From IMG/VR virus record IMGVR_UViG_3300045988_157791: a DNA stretch of 64,000 bases; one strand, given 5' to 3'. Positions 49,386 through 58,223 of the stretch are shown here, one piece after another. Below the pieces are notes generated by a model. That model ran no database searches, was not told where the DNA came from, and worked only from the letters and a program-made list of their open reading frames with translations. Position 1 is the stretch's first letter. Each line of letters begins with the position of its first letter. The DNA comes from a virus (Duplodnaviria; Heunggongvirae; Uroviricota; Caudoviricetes). The translations under genes and the position numbers were made by a program.

Positions 49386-49499
49386 AGCCGGACGGGAACA
49401 GGTGGGTTTGTCGGTTGCCTGGAGGTAAGAGGTTGGTGTTTTTAGCCTGAGGGAAACAGGATGGTCATTTAAGGCCACCAGCATTGGTGGCCTTAGTCT

Positions 49500-49781
49500 T
49501 TAGTGGAGCAGACCGATGTCGATGGTATCCCCTGAATCACCCACACGGATCATCAGCATGGCGAAGGCGTTTAGTGGATAACTGGCGTGCCATTCAGGGA
49601 AGCGGTCATCTCGCATGAAGTCGGCAATGTCGTAAACGCAGCCCTCAAAGTGGAAGAATCGCGTGCTTACCTGCTCGTCATATTCCACATGATCCATTTC
49701 TTGCTGTTCTGTTTCCGGCAAGTCCAGCCATGATTCAAGGAATACATTTTGTGCTTTAGGGGTAATGGTGAAATCAGTCAT
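49500..49781 (-). CDS. small acidic protein (about 93 aa)
   Basis: Likely start MTDF at 49781 immediately downstream of a conserved cassette; Asp/Glu-rich. Confidence 0.5.
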   Translation of the reverse strand: MTDFTITPKAQNVFLESWLDLPETEQQEMDHVEYDEQVSTRFFHFEGCVYDIADFMRDDRFPEWHASYPLNAFAMLMIRVGDSGDTIDIGLLH

Positions 49782-50116
49782 GAGCATATCCTCACTGCGT
49801 AAACATGTTGTTTTCTTGTTGGTGTAATTATCGCAGTGTAGATAAGGCATAAAAGAAGTTAATACAGGCTGAATACACAAGAAAGGTTCTGGAAGTTGAT
49901 AACCAGGTTTCAAACTAACCTTCGGTTATTAAAAGTCATTTAAGGCCACCAATGCTGGTGGCCTTAATAATTATCGCCCGATTACGCTAAGGATCTTTTC
50001 CTCAACTGATTTGTTGTTGCGACTAAACTGCCTTGCGTATCTGATGACAGAAGAGGCGTTTTGCTTTCTGACCATCTCGGCTCTTTCCTTCAGGCGTTTC
50101 TTGAAATCGCCCATAT

Positions 50117-50533
50117 TTACCACCAGGCACGGAACGTCAGTCTATTATTGTGAAAGTCGTGGTTCTTAATCAGATCTTCCACAAGCTCTTTCAACTCCCC
50201 CACATCATGCCAGTAACCTTCATCGTACTCCTGACTGCCGAAGAAAAAACCTTCCCGGGTAGGCAAGTACTCTTCGCAATTACTTTCGTTTATGTGCATC
50301 AAATGAGCCTTCAGAAAACAAATGTCATTCATCGTTAATTCTAAAAGCTCACAATTTTCGACTTCACCTACGTTGCGCTCCATCCACCCAACGAGCGCAT
50401 TGAACTTACGGAAGTAAGCAACCTGCTTTCTGGATGCCTCGTTATTCAGATCGTTTTTAGGCTGCGTCTCGATATAGATATCAAGTCCCATGATGGTTTC
50501 CTTATTAAGTTGCTTCAGTGAAATCATTTTCAC
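50117..50533 (-). CDS. hypothetical acidic protein (start probably MGLDIYIE near 50491)
   Basis: ORF with AGAAAACAGATTGTT palindrome at 50549-50563 upstream. Confidence 0.45.
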   Translation of the reverse strand: MKMISLKQLNKETIMGLDIYIETQPKNDLNNEASRKQVAYFRKFNALVGWMERNVGEVENCELLELTMNDICFLKAHLMHINESNCEEYLPTREGFFFGSQEYDEGYWHDVGELKELVEDLIKNHDFHNNRLTFRAWW

Positions 50534-50608
50534 AAATCAGATAAGGCAGAAAACAGATTGTTATCGGGCATAAGAAAATGGCGCGGTTTACGCGCCATTC
50601 AAAGAGGA

Positions 50609-51070
50609 TTAAGCGAATACGCTTTCAGGGATTAAGGTGTCAGCAGGAATGCCGGAGGTAATGCGCAGGCCGTACTGACCAATCCAGGTAGTGTTGGTAT
50701 TCAGGCTGGAGGCGAATACGGTGTTAACCATATTCATCATGGTTTCAAACACCTCTTCATCAACCTGGCGGAAGTAGTTCTCGATTTTCAGCAGCAGCGG
50801 GTCAGTTGCATCGAAAATAGACTGGTATTGAGTCGCGTACTCGCCGCCGGAGGCATCACCTTTACGCACGATCGTACTGGCCTGGACTTCGGCACCAGTT
50901 TCGGTGTTGTACGTAACAACGGTGATTTTTGCCACATTCTTACCTTCGGCGGTTTCAGAGGCATAGTAAACATCAACTGTCAGTTTTTCGCGTTTAACGG
51001 TCATTTCACTCTCCGTAGTGTATTGGTTATTTTTATATTCTATGATCGTAAGTATGTACTTACAATACAA
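50609..51070 (-). CDS. hypothetical protein (start probably MTVKREK near 51004)
   Basis: TAAGTATGTACTTAC motif and a hairpin immediately upstream. Confidence 0.45.
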   Translation of the reverse strand: MYCKYILTIIEYKNNQYTTESEMTVKREKLTVDVYYASETAEGKNVAKITVVTYNTETGAEVQASTIVRKGDASGGEYATQYQSIFDATDPLLLKIENYFRQVDEEVFETMMNMVNTVFASSLNTNTTWIGQYGLRITSGIPADTLIPESVFA

Positions 51071-51130
51071 AAAAGCCCCGTAAGGATGGCGGGGCTGTCG
51101 TACGGTCGACTAATTACCACTTGCACATTA

Positions 51131-51472
51131 TCAGGCTATTGCCATCACTGATGCTCTCTGAATCTCTTGCTGGGCCACGCGGTTAACTTCCATCAAAGCC
51201 AGTTCGAGCTGATGTTCCGGCCACATTCTTTGAAATGCCACCCAGCCTTTTCCACGCTGGCGACGAACATTCATTACATAACGAGTAAAGGTGTTTTTAT
51301 CGAAAGACACCGCTGTTTCACGGAATAGACGAATAGAGGTTCCATTGGCAACGATATCCAGCAAAGTTAATTGAGCAACCAGTGCAGGCTTCTCTTTTCT
51401 CTTCTGGTCTTTGTCCAGACCAAGAACCAATGATTTTTTCATCACAACTCCGTAAACAACTTGTTTTCTCAA
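51131..51472 (-). CDS. hypothetical small basic protein (start probably MKKSLVLG at 51442)
   Basis: Conserved cassette AACAACTTGTTTTCTCAATGGCGTAAATAATACC directly upstream. Confidence 0.45.
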   Translation of the reverse strand: MRKQVVYGVVMKKSLVLGLDKDQKRKEKPALVAQLTLLDIVANGTSIRLFRETAVSFDKNTFTRYVMNVRRQRGKGWVAFQRMWPEHQLELALMEVNRVAQQEIQRASVMAIA

Positions 51473-51595
51473 TGGCGTAAATAATACCAGTAAGAAAACG
51501 GCTACAAAGCATATTGATCAGGTGCATGAGCGATATGCAGGTTCTTCCCTGCGGCTATAGAGAAATTAAGCCAGCAAAGCTGGCTTTGGTTGGGG

Positions 51596-51946
51596 TTACT
51601 CGAATACTTCAAGAAACTCCTGAACGTCCCAATGCTGGACGAGGTGAAGATAGACCTTAGAAATCACGTCATTTTCGCTATCGCATGTGAAGTAGTACTT
51701 CTGGCTGCGGTTGTATGTGTCCACACAAAATTCGCTCATATCCATAAAGTCAGCATCTTCACCCATGTCGCAAATCATCAAAGCAGGTGCGTCATCACGA
51801 GTCATCAGCTCAAGCACCCACCGCGAATTGATCAGAGTGGAAGACCAACCTTCTAACTCATAAAACTGATCAAACTCTTTTTGAGTTAATTTCTTGATTT
51901 GGTTGATGTCGATATTTGCAAACATAAAGCAACCCTTAAACAACAT
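51596..51946 (-). CDS. small acidic protein (start probably MFANIDIN near 51925)
   Basis: Conserved cassette AACAACATGTTTTCTTATTGGTGTTATTATCGC directly upstream; Asp/Glu-rich. Confidence 0.45.
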   Translation of the reverse strand: MLFKGCFMFANIDINQIKKLTQKEFDQFYELEGWSSTLINSRWVLELMTRDDAPALMICDMGEDADFMDMSEFCVDTYNRSQKYYFTCDSENDVISKVYLHLVQHWDVQEFLEVFE

Positions 51947-52283
51947 GTTTTCTTATTGGTGTTATTATCGCAATAACGCATAGGCGAAAAAGGATTTTAT
52001 TCCGGTGAATGTGGTTTTGGCAGTGAGTTTTCAGGTTCAGTACCGAGTACACTTTTTACATTATTCTGATTTAGTAGCCGAAGGTGGCTGGTGGGCAGAA
52101 TAATCATCTCCCCGAAAACCTACTGAAATCGATTGTGACCCGTTGGCTGTCTGGCACAATTACGCTGTAGCTGGGCATTCAGAGGGAATCCAGCGGTAAG
52201 TAAGTTCGCCTGCACGTGAGCGCCTCTCTTCTTCCCGCACATTACAGGTGGGTAGCCGCAACTCTCCCTCTCGCTATACCGGT

Positions 52284-52420
52284 ACGCCGCCGTTCCTGAA
52301 CCGGCATCGAGCCTTTTCCCGAAATCCACACAGGCAACTCGACCGTTTCCCTGAAAACCTCCAGCCGTTCCCCGAAGGCAACCCAGCCGTTTCTGTAGCG
52401 GGATGCAGCCTTTTCCCTGT
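52284..52420. repeat. iteron-like direct repeat array 2 (about six units)
   Basis: CGCCGTTCCTGAA, GAGCCTTTTCCCGAAA, CGACCGTTTCCCTGAAAA, CAGCCGTTCCCCGAAGG, CAGCCGTTTCTGTAGC, GCAGCCTTTTCCCTG; same orientation as array 1. The overlapping track ORF 52120-52578 is probably not a gene. Confidence 0.6.
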
Positions 52421-52579
52421 ATGGACCGAAGGCTGACCGTAGGGGTGTTACGGGGGATAAAATCAGGAGTTGAATAAATACGAAAAAGGAGGCGACACCC
52501 CTCCTTCCCTCCCAACTTATACATACCTGTCTTGTTCGCTATACATGTTGTGTTTTCTTCGTGTTTTATCTGTTTCAAC

Positions 52580-53400
52580 CTCTCTATAGGCGTTAATGCT
52601 CACTCCTTCCAGAACGTTCTATACGGCGACTATTTCTGTTGGTGAATTGGGTGTGTTGTTTTCCCTGTCGGTGTATGTGGTTTCGTTCGTTTTGCGATGG
52701 TTCTTCTATGGGGTGTTCTCGTCGTTTTGGTGATTGTTCTTCTCCGTGTATGGAGTAATGGCAGGTGGGCGATTCCTTTCGTTATTGTGTTTGAGTTGTT
52801 TGTCTGGAGTGCGTGAAGGGCTTTTGTAGTTATTCGTGTATTGGGTAATGGCGTTTCCCGTGATTGTTATGTTTCGTGTCTTTTGGGATTGAGAGAAACC
52901 TTGCGGTTACAGGCTTCGTTGGGGTTTCAGTGATTCTGATGTTTCTTCGCTGTTTGGGTAATGGCGTGTCGTGGGTATCGCGCGTATGAATGTTTTCGGA
53001 TTGCCTGTGAAAGTTAGGTTGGTTGTCCGGTAGCCTGGGAAGAAGAGGTGGGTCTTTTCGGTAGCCTGCCATAAAGAGGTTGGTTGTTTTTGGTAATGGC
53101 ATATGTGTTATTTAGTTGTTTTGTTATACCTGAAAATAAGTTGTTTATATGGTTATGTAACGCAACGGGAGCGATTTTGAGCGTGTGTTTTTGTTGGTAG
53201 TGTGTTGGGTCGTCTGTGGTGAAAATTGGACGCTGTGGCGCTGTCTGCTGCGTAGAGTTACGGGTATAAGAAGTGATGTGTGAAAACGTCAATTTTTTAG
53301 ACCAAATCGGGTGAAAGCGTTGACGTTTCGTTGATCTGTTATTTAGTTGTTTTCTTATTTGTATAAACAACCATAACCTATTGATATTTAATGATGTGAT
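52580..53400. repeat. about 800-bp strongly GT-skewed non-coding region with dispersed GGTAATGGC repeats
   Basis: Plus strand is G+T-rich throughout; GGAGTAATGGCAGG, TGGGTAATGGCGTT, TGGGTAATGGCGTG, TGGTAATGGCATAT at about 100-bp intervals; minus-strand ORFs are low-complexity. Confidence 0.55.
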
Positions 53401-53489
53401 TGCTGGTATGGGAGGGGAGTAGTGGCGATCAACGGATTCTTATAGAAAAGAATCAAATTGTGACCGCCATTATCAATGAGTTGCAACCG

Positions 53490-54059
53490 TTAGTTGTTCA
53501 GATAAACATTTGGAACACGGACGTAGAAGTTCCTGTCGCCGGTAAGTTCCAGAGTAATGTTAATGTCATTACCATTGTCTAGTGTAGCCGTTGCTCTATA
53601 GAACTTATCCGTCACCTTGTCCTCTATTGTCACCTTCATACATTTTGGTGCAGTCGAACCGTTATTCTCTTTCAGAATAGTTGTCACGAGAGGGCAGGCT
53701 GCTTCTTCAAGAGCAACCTCGTCCTTGTGTGGGATGCCGATGAAGATAACCCAAGCCAGCGACGCAACGATTATGATAAATGGCACTCTGCTGCCTTTTG
53801 TAATAGTCGCGCGCTTCCAGAGATAGACAGGCAGGAGGAATACCCCCCATAGAATTGAAGGTGGTTCACAGCCAGACTCCGATAGAGCCATTCTGTCAGC
53901 TACTAACAAACCGATGGTAGTTACACCCCCAATTATAATAGCGTAATTGGTATACTCTTCCGGCGATACTCCAAAGAAGAAAGGCATGAACGCTAGAATC
54001 CACGCATAAATGTTATTCAGAGGTTTTGTTTGTTGGTTCTGGGTTTCCATCACATCCAT
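53490..54059 (-). CDS. integral membrane protein (189 aa)
   Basis: Several hydrophobic helices (IYAWILAFMPFFFG, IIIGGVTTIGLLV, LWGVFLLPVYLW, FIIIVASLAWVIFIGI) and a hydrophilic C-terminal domain. Confidence 0.5.
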   Translation of the reverse strand: MDVMETQNQQTKPLNNIYAWILAFMPFFFGVSPEEYTNYAIIIGGVTTIGLLVADRMALSESGCEPPSILWGVFLLPVYLWKRATITKGSRVPFIIIVASLAWVIFIGIPHKDEVALEEAACPLVTTILKENNGSTAPKCMKVTIEDKVTDKFYRATATLDNGNDINITLELTGDRNFYVRVPNVYLNN

Positions 54060-54211
54060 TCCATCACATAAAAATCGCGTTTATATATTATCAATTTTCT
54101 CACTTGTATAACCTAAATACGCATCCGTTTATCAATCCACCTTCCACAAACATCAGCTTTAGCTATGAAAAATAACAATCTCAAAGTGAAAACCATTATC
54201 ATAGGAAACGA

Positions 54212-54397
54212 TTAGATGAGATGGTCTAATTCATCATCTATCATTGCTTTAACACTTGAGTCATTAACCCCGTATTGATTTATGAACCGTTTCAGCTCCG
54301 GTGAAAACTGAAGGTAGATATCGTGAGCGTTTTTCACTGTAGGTTCAACGCCACGCATTTCAAGCGCCTTTAGTAGATATGAGTCTTCTTTAAGCAT
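54212..54397 (-). CDS. hypothetical small protein (61 aa)
   Basis: Short ORF downstream of 54434-54742; weak evidence. Confidence 0.3.
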   Translation of the reverse strand: MLKEDSYLLKALEMRGVEPTVKNAHDIYLQFSPELKRFINQYGVNDSSVKAMIDDELDHLI

Positions 54398-54433
54398 AAA
54401 TTCTCCGTTGTCTAGTATGAAGCGATTGCCGGA

Positions 54434-54742
54434 TTACCATTGCCAGCACTCTAGCCCTTCAACGACCGGTGCACCACAATCAAAATGTACAGAGTCAAAG
54501 CCTACATCAAGTACTTTCTGAATGTTCGCAATCGCGCCCTCGGATATACCATATCGACGCAACTCATCTTTCCAGTCATCGTCCTGTAACCCGGCGTGGA
54601 CAATGCAACCGTACTCAATTTGTGAAACCCAATCCAGCTCATTGCTTGCGATCATGAATCGGCGAGCATCTTCCTCTGATGTATGAGATGAGCTGATCAA
54701 TGCCACCTGGTAGGCTTGGGTAATGTTCAACATTTCAACCAC
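54434..54742 (-). CDS. small acidic protein (start probably MLNITQAY near 54730)
   Basis: Two operator palindromes (AAAACAAGTTGTTTT and AGAAAACAAATTGTTTT) at 54737-54802 upstream. Confidence 0.45.
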   Translation of the reverse strand: MVEMLNITQAYQVALISSSHTSEEDARRFMIASNELDWVSQIEYGCIVHAGLQDDDWKDELRRYGISEGAIANIQKVLDVGFDSVHFDCGAPVVEGLECWQW

Positions 54743-54844
54743 TCCAAAACAAGTTGTTTTCTTATGTGGTTTATTATCTCCATCAACAAAAGGCAGAAAA
54801 CAAATTGTTTTAGGTACTGTGTAAATCAGAAGGGATTGTGTCTA

Positions 54845-54875
54845 TATGAAAATGCCCGGCGTGTTGCCGGGCATT
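54845..54875 (-). terminator. metG intrinsic terminator
   Basis: GCCCGGCGTGTTGCCGGGC hairpin just after the metG stop, followed by a T-rich tract on the minus strand. Confidence 0.65.
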
Positions 54876-54894
54876 GCGAAGAGAGGTTGTTTAA

Positions 54895-56928
54895 TTACTT
54901 AACCTGGTGGCCAGGTTTAGCACCAGCATCCGGGCTTAACAGGAAGATATCTTTCCCGCCGGGGCCAGCAGCCATCACCATGCCTTCAGAGATACCGAAG
55001 CGCATTTTACGTGGTGCCAGGTTAGCCACCATAATGGTGTGACGACCAATCAGTGCCTGCGGATCCGGGTAGGCAGAACGAATACCGGAGAAGACATTGC
55101 GTTTTTCACCGCCGAGATCCAGTGTCAGGCGCAGCAGTTTGTCAGAACCTTCAACAAACTCTGCGTTTTCGATCAGCGCTACGCGCAGGTCAACTTTGGC
55201 GAAGTCGTCAAAGGTGATGGTTTCCTGAATCGGATCATCTGCCAGTGGGCCAGTAACTGGCGCGGCAGCTGCTTTCACTTCTTCTTTAGACGCTTCCACC
55301 AGTGCTTCAACCTGCTTCATATCGATGCGGTTATACAGTGCCTTGAACGGATTTACTTTATGGCCCAGCAGCGGTTGCTGGATACCATCCCAGGTCAGTT
55401 CTGTATTCAGGAATGCTTCTGCACGTTCAGTCAGTTTCGGCAGTACCGGCTTCAGGTACGTCATCAGCACGCGGAACAGGTTAATGCCCATAGAGCAAAT
55501 CGCCTGCAGATCGGCATCGCGTCCTTCCTGCTTCGCCACCACCCACGGAGCCTGTTCATCGACATAGCGGTTAGCCAGGTCAGCCAGTGCCATGATTTCA
55601 CGGATAGCTTTACCAAATTCGCGGCTTTCCCACGCTTCACCAATCACTTCAGCGGCATCAGTGAAGGTTTTGTACAACTGCGGGTCAGCCAGCTCGCTTG
55701 CCAGCACACCGTCAAAACGCTTATTGATAAAGCCAGCGTTACGGGACGCCAGGTTAACCACTTTGTTCACGATATCGGCATTCACACGCTGAACGAAATC
55801 CTCCAGGTTGAGATCGATATCATCAATGCGCGAAGAGAGTTTCGCAGTGTAGTAGTAACGCAGGCTGTCAGCGTCAAAATGATTCAGCCAGGTGCTGGCT
55901 TTAATAAAGGTGCCGCGAGACTTGGACATCTTCGCGCCGTTCACCGTCACATAGCCATGAACAAACAGGTTGGTCGGCTTGCGGAAGTTGCTGCCTTCCA
56001 GCATGGCAGGCCAGAACAGGCTGTGGAAGTAAACGATATCTTTACCGATGAAGTGGTACAGCTCGGCGGTGGAGTCTTTCTTCCAGTATTCATCGAAGCT
56101 TACGCTGTCGCCGCGCTTGTCGCACAGATTCTTGAAAGAACCCATGTAGCCAATCGGTGCGTCCAGCCAGACGTAGAAATATTTGCCCGGCGCGTTCGGA
56201 ATTTCAAAACCGAAGTAAGGGGCGTCGCGGGAGATATCCCACTGTTGCAGGCCAGATTCAAACCACTCCTGCATTTTATTTGCCACCTGCTCCTGCAACG
56301 CACCGCTGCGGGTCCATGCCTGCAACATTTCGCTGAAAGAGGGCAGATCAAAGAAGAAGTGTTCAGAATCACGCATTACCGGCGTAGCACCAGAAACCAC
56401 CGATTTCGGTTCAATCAGTTCAGTCGGGCTGTAGGTCGCGCCGCAGACTTCACAGTTATCGCCGTATTGATCTGGCGCTTTACATTTCGGGCAGGTGCCT
56501 TTCACAAAACGGTCCGGCAGGAACATGCCTTTTTCCGGATCGTACAGCTGAGAGATGGTGCGGTTTTTAATAAAACCGTTTTCTTTCAGGCGAGAGTAGA
56601 TAAGTTCTGACAACTGGCGGTTCTCTTCGCTGTGCGTCGAGTGATAGTTGTCATAGCTGATGTTAAAGCCTGCGAAATCAGTCTGATGTTCCTGACTCAT
56701 TTCGCCAATCATCTGCTCCGGTGTGATACCAAGCTGCTGAGCTTTAAGCATGATCGGCGTGCCGTGGGCATCGTCGGCGCAGATGAAGTTGACCTCGTGG
56801 CCGCGCATTCGCTGGTAACGGACCCAGACATCAGCCTGGATGTGCTCCAGCATATGGCCGAGGTGGATTGAGCCGTTAGCGTACGGCAGCGCGCACGTCA
56901 CCAGAATTTTCTTCGCGACTTGGGTCAT
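54895..56928 (-). CDS. metG: methionyl-tRNA synthetase
   Basis: 677-aa protein from [31 protein letters not shown] with class I HIGH-type (HLGH) and KMSKS motifs and C-terminal tRNA-binding domain. The track ORF extends upstream to a non-ATG start. Confidence 0.95.
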   Translation of the reverse strand: MTQVAKKILVTCALPYANGSIHLGHMLEHIQADVWVRYQRMRGHEVNFICADDAHGTPIMLKAQQLGITPEQMIGEMSQEHQTDFAGFNISYDNYHSTHSEENRQLSELIYSRLKENGFIKNRTISQLYDPEKGMFLPDRFVKGTCPKCKAPDQYGDNCEVCGATYSPTELIEPKSVVSGATPVMRDSEHFFFDLPSFSEMLQAWTRSGALQEQVANKMQEWFESGLQQWDISRDAPYFGFEIPNAPGKYFYVWLDAPIGYMGSFKNLCDKRGDSVSFDEYWKKDSTAELYHFIGKDIVYFHSLFWPAMLEGSNFRKPTNLFVHGYVTVNGAKMSKSRGTFIKASTWLNHFDADSLRYYYTAKLSSRIDDIDLNLEDFVQRVNADIVNKVVNLASRNAGFINKRFDGVLASELADPQLYKTFTDAAEVIGEAWESREFGKAIREIMALADLANRYVDEQAPWVVAKQEGRDADLQAICSMGINLFRVLMTYLKPVLPKLTERAEAFLNTELTWDGIQQPLLGHKVNPFKALYNRIDMKQVEALVEASKEEVKAAAAPVTGPLADDPIQETITFDDFAKVDLRVALIENAEFVEGSDKLLRLTLDLGGEKRNVFSGIRSAYPDPQALIGRHTIMVANLAPRKMRFGISEGMVMAAGPGGKDIFLLSPDAGAKPGHQVK

Positions 56929-57085
56929 AGTAGGCATTACTTCTTTGTAGTGAAAAGGGGCTTGATAGTAACAAAATGGCCTTATGTCTGCCATGTGATA
57001 ACAGCATTTCTCATAAATGATTAAATGTCGTAGCTGGAGTACACTACAAGGCGACAATTGCGCAAATTAAAATAAAGGAGACGGG

Positions 57086-58186
57086 ATGAGCGAGTCCAAA
57101 TCGCCGGATGCCCTGAGAGCAATGGTAGCCGGTACGCTGGCTAATTTTCAGCACCCAACCCTGAAACACAACCTGACTACGCTTAAAGCGTTACACCATG
57201 TTGCGTTGATGGATGACACACTGCATGTCGAACTAATCATGCCTTTCGTGTGGAATAAGCCTTTTGAAGACCTGAAAGAGCAATGTAGTGGTGATCTGCT
57301 CCGTATCACTGGCGCAAAGGCTATTGACTGGAAGCTGTCGTACAACATTGCCACGCTTAAGCGCGTCAAAAACCAACCAGGCATTAATGGCGTTAAGAAC
57401 ATTATCGCCGTCAGCTCAGGCAAGGGCGGCGTAGGTAAATCCTCCACGGCGGTAAATCTGGCACTGGCGTTGGCTGCTGAAGGTGCGAAAGTTGGTATTT
57501 TGGATGCCGATATCTATGGTCCATCAATTCCAACCATGCTGGGCGCGGAAAACCAACGTCCAACCTCACCGGACGGTACTCACATGGCACCTATCATGTC
57601 TCATGGCCTGGCAACCAACTCTATTGGTTATCTGGTCACCGACGACAATGCAATGGTGTGGCGTGGACCGATGGCCAGCAAGGCGCTGATGCAGATGTTG
57701 CAGGAAACTCTATGGCCTGATCTGGACTATCTCGTTCTCGATATGCCGCCGGGCACTGGTGATATTCAGTTGACGCTGGCGCAGAACATTCCTGTAACTG
57801 GTGCGGTTGTGGTAACTACGCCGCAAGACATCGCGCTGATCGATGCGAAGAAAGGCATTGTGATGTTCGAAAAAGTCGAAGTGCCGGTACTGGGTATCGT
57901 CGAAAACATGAGTGTGCATATTTGCAGTAACTGCGGTCATCACGAGCCAATTTTTGGCACCGGTGGCGCACAGAAACTGGCCGAGAAATACAACACGCAG
58001 TTGTTAGGCCAAATGCCACTTCATATCTCTCTTCGTGAAGATCTGGATAACGGAACACCAACCGTTATTAGTCGTCCAGATAGCGAATTTACGGCTATTT
58101 ATCGTGACCTCGCAGATCGCGTTGCTGCCCAAATGTATTGGCAAGGTGAAGTAATACCTGGCGAAATCGCATTCCGCGCAGTGTGA
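57086..58186 (+). CDS. apbC: Mrp/ApbC Fe-S cluster carrier ATPase
   Basis: Deviant Walker A SSGKGGVGKSST, CSNCGHH Cys motif, divergent from metG with about 157-bp spacer, the usual enterobacterial arrangement. Confidence 0.9.
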   Translation: MSESKSPDALRAMVAGTLANFQHPTLKHNLTTLKALHHVALMDDTLHVELIMPFVWNKPFEDLKEQCSGDLLRITGAKAIDWKLSYNIATLKRVKNQPGINGVKNIIAVSSGKGGVGKSSTAVNLALALAAEGAKVGILDADIYGPSIPTMLGAENQRPTSPDGTHMAPIMSHGLATNSIGYLVTDDNAMVWRGPMASKALMQMLQETLWPDLDYLVLDMPPGTGDIQLTLAQNIPVTGAVVVTTPQDIALIDAKKGIVMFEKVEVPVLGIVENMSVHICSNCGHHEPIFGTGGAQKLAEKYNTQLLGQMPLHISLREDLDNGTPTVISRPDSEFTAIYRDLADRVAAQMYWQGEVIPGEIAFRAV

Positions 58187-58212
58187 TAAAAAGGCGGTGC
58201 AATGCACCGCCT
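58187..58212. terminator. hairpin terminator between convergent apbC and the UmuD-like gene
   Basis: GGCGGTGCAATGCACCGCC stem-loop flanked by A-run on one side, so a T-run for the minus strand. Confidence 0.55.
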
Positions 58213-58223
58213 AATCAGTTCTC

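Noticed and set aside
48768-52097. Chi sites (GCTGGTGG) near the iteron arrays as a recombination hotspot signal
   Set aside because: Only isolated copies were seen (near 48768 and 52090) at a density compatible with chance; no clustering or orientation bias could be established by eye.
52120-53370. Track ORFs 52120-52578, 52830-53102 and 53014-53370 (minus strand)
   Set aside because: They overlap the iteron-like array and the GT-skewed repeat region and their products are low-complexity with no start context; the region is better explained as non-coding.
54895-57057. Extended 720-aa version of the metG ORF
   Set aside because: The extra 43 N-terminal codons begin at a non-ATG start inside the divergent promoter region; the conserved MetG N-terminus begins at the ATG at 56928.
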